In this document: positions 61,078 to 64,000 of the stretch, piece after piece
Numbering within the stretch: the stretch's first letter is position 1
Layout of the letters: each line of letters begins with the position of its first letter
From: Chara braunii
Taxonomy: Eukaryota > Plantae > Charophyceae
NCBI GenBank assembly: GCA_003427395.1
Contig: BFEA01000036.1
Coordinates: 3,406,640 to 3,470,639, forward strand
Reading direction: 5' to 3'
Length of the DNA: 64,000 nucleotides
The notes under the pieces: model-generated
Database searches by the model: none
What the model was told of the DNA's origin: nothing
The model's input: the letters and a program-made list of their open reading frames with translations, nothing else
Program-made: the position numbers and the translations under genes

Positions 61078-64000
61078 TACTGATGGCATAATTACACTAG
61101 TACTTTTTTAAATCTATCTGAGCGTAATCATAGTCAAACCTCGGTGTATCTAGTAAACCACAATCATGCCTAGAGATGAGTCGAAAAGGTCGTAGTGTGA
61201 GTTTTCCCTGAGTCTGCTGCAGTGCAGTCTGACCCTAAATGTAAGGGACTCCATTTGGCCAGGCCGTAACTACGGCTAAATTCATTTGGGAAAGTAATAG
61301 TGTGAGTGTGCATTGAGTTTGTTAGATCAGCCATAACTTTTGATAAAGTAGAAGCAAAAAACAAGAGCAAGGCATGTGGCTTAGTGGTTAGGGCAACGAC
61401 TGTCAATGCACATTGTGATATGAGGTTGTGGGTTAAAAACTCCCTAGCTCTGCACAGAGACACCATCGGGCATTTGCATAACGCACGGTCACTTACATAC
61501 ACCTTTGGGCTGATACAACTAAGCTATTACAGACACTGTTTGCGCGCCACCCAAGCCTCCCAAGGGATCGTCCATGGTGTTGTATGTTGGGTCTATACTA
61601 TGATTGGTTTGCTTGCACACTTGGTTTATGGGGTTGTCTGGATGCTTTCACACTTATCCCTTACTCGAGCTCAAGGTAGCACATGCTCAGACCATTCCAA
61701 ATTGTAGCTCGGTAGGTTAACACTCGTCAATAATAACCATGAGGTTCAGGGTTCGAGGTTGATACTGAGAAAATGAGTTCATGAATAAACATTATGGAAA
61801 TGTAGACTTCAAGTTGGGTTATGGGCGGTTATCACGTGGTCAACAGAAAACAAAGTGGCGAAGTTTCATCCCGATTTCAACTTGTACGCAAGTTGGAACC
61901 AACGTTTAAAGAGGGGGAAGGGGAGCGGTCGATCGTTTCATGTTGTCGTCACATAATTCCAACCGTTTGCTAACATGCGGCCTATATGTTTTCAACTGTT
62001 TCCAACACGTCTTGAAGTTGGTGCTTTCTTCCTGATAAGAGAGTTAATTATCACGTGCCTCTCTAACAAGAAAGAATGCATCTAAGGAGATAGGTGGCCT
62101 GTAGTAGTGACTCTTATATTTGACACGACTGTTGTTGTGGCATCGACTAGTACTCGATGATAGAAAAAAATTATGTTAGATGACAAATATCAGTTGTCTG
62201 GACGGTTCCTTGGAACAGTCAGAATTAAATCTTGTTCGTTTTTGTTTTTTGCTTTTGAGTTTTCATGTTGACCAAAAACATATAACCAGTTTTTCTAATG
62301 GGGAAGAGACACATATGTGAACAATGGAGGTATGATTGCATATCGACAAGGCAACTATCTATCGTTGTTCACTCAATGTTGTCGTGGCACCGGTGCATTA
62401 TTGGATTAATCATTTGCGTACTTAATAAAGTATTTTTTAATGATCTCCAAAACAAAAGTTTAAAACTCAAACATAATGTGAAAAGGAATAACATGCGTAC
62501 ATATTGGCGAATGAACAAAAAAAAATTATACTGATGGGACGTTGCGTGATGAGATAATTGTCTGCGATGTCTCATGGTCCATCTCCTACATATGTTTGTT
62601 TGCCATGCCATCCTGAACTAAAAAAAAAAGAAAAATACGATGGCAGATGCTTCACGCAGTGTATTTTTTGTGGCATCACACCGTAGAATGCCTTCATGTT
62701 CTCATGGAAGAAGTGTTAGTAGAAACATTTTCCCGTGACATTGTGCAGATGTTGCCGCTTTGCTAAATATACATACTACAACCCCAAAGGATCAACTGGT
62801 GTGAGCCGTACGCCCTGCGTTCACCACTCGCCGGTCATCGACGCCTTATATCATGCACAAGAAACCCAACTGAGGAAAAAACAAAAGGGATATAGGAGAC
62901 GCATTATGCGTGACCAACCTTGGCCACTGTACTCGCATGTAAGTTTTCGTATGCATGGTGCGAAAAACGAGGGAACGATCCGGAGGAGTGCACAACGGTC
63001 GTTAGTGCATGTACTCTTTTTTGGTCAAGGGGGATGATGTTTACACTTGGCGCTAAAACATTGTGCTGTAGTACTGCATCATCCCGCAGTGACTTGACAC
63101 ATGTCGTCCTTGGTTGATATACAAGCAAAAATTCTAGGCTGAGCAATGACAACAGACTTGTCACTTTGAAGTGGACGTGACGGTCATGTGATAATGTGTG
63201 TGTGAACCGTCAAAAAATGTCATCCACTACATCAGTGATGTGGGGGGGGTGTCATCGTGTGTGGCCTGCACTCACACGTCCGTGCCACAAACGACCATGG
63301 GTCGTGGTGGGGGAATCACGACCGCGAGTCTTTATGATTTTCTTTTTTTTCTCATTTACATTTGCCCTTTTTTTCGTGCTTCCACCAACACCTTGTATTT
63401 GTAGGATGTCCATCGTCCGTTGTCTATGGGACTTACCCCCCATCAAATTCACACCACCTTTTATGCTGTGGCATTTCTTGTGGCTTCCGATCCCTTTTTT
63501 TTCTCCGATTCCTATTGCCTTTCCAGCCATTAGTACTATCTTGTCTAAATTGTTTTTTGGGTCTGTGCCACCTTTTTTACATCCAAACGCGTAAAAAACA
63601 AATTGGGCCTCTGTTTCCTCTCTTTTGGTCTCCGTCACCTATTATTGGCCTCCTACTCCAATCATTGGTACCATTTTTTATTGCCCTTCGGTAACAAAGG
63701 GTGCCCCCGCCACCACTCTGTGGATTTTTTATTGTTTAATAAATTTTGGAAAGTATGACGGTGAAGTAGACAAAGAAGAAAAAGAAGAATAAGAATAAGA
63801 AGAACAAAAAAAATAATAAGTGTGGAATAAGGACATGTATAAAAGGAGTTGCAACCTCATAATAAAAAACGTAATGTGAGATTGTATGTAGTAGAGAAAA
63901 GTAAGAGGAATGAAATGACGAAGATGAAAAACACTTTGATAAGGAAGAAGGGATGCACATGGCTCTTTGTTCTTATGATGTGTAACTCTTTCTTCAGATT

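Noticed and set aside
61702-61770. tRNA gene
   Set aside because: A/B-box-like motifs are present but there is no cloverleaf; at most a decayed SINE head.
61170-63700. Short ORFs as host genes or transposase
   Set aside because: No motif I could confidently recognise.

Overview
Eukaryotic, repeat-rich, gapped draft assembly. The plant-type U6, streptophyte-type mitochondrial fragments, very large TE-filled introns and transposon types suggest a streptophyte alga or early land plant, possibly Chara (inference). The only host gene is the 5' half of a DTX44-like MATE transporter on the minus strand (exons 20449-20329 tentative, 7679-7286, 5083-4962, 3939-3814, 134-<1). Its putative first intron holds a decayed full-length Ty3/gypsy chromovirus (~11532-20226). 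A ~10.8 kb full-length L1-clade LINE (44576-55414) is bounded by a target-site duplication (TSD) of at least 27 bp and has a polyQ-rich ORF1 plus an extra Nudix-like region in frame with the endonuclease. The window also has a 5'-inverted (twin-primed) L1 with an 18-bp TSD, four dispersed U6 snRNA retrocopies, a tRNA-like SINE family, several hairpin MITE families, a scrambled mitochondrial insertion (rrn18/nad4/nad5/maturase/rps12) and two Nextera mate-pair adapter artefacts. All calls were made by eye; no searches were run.
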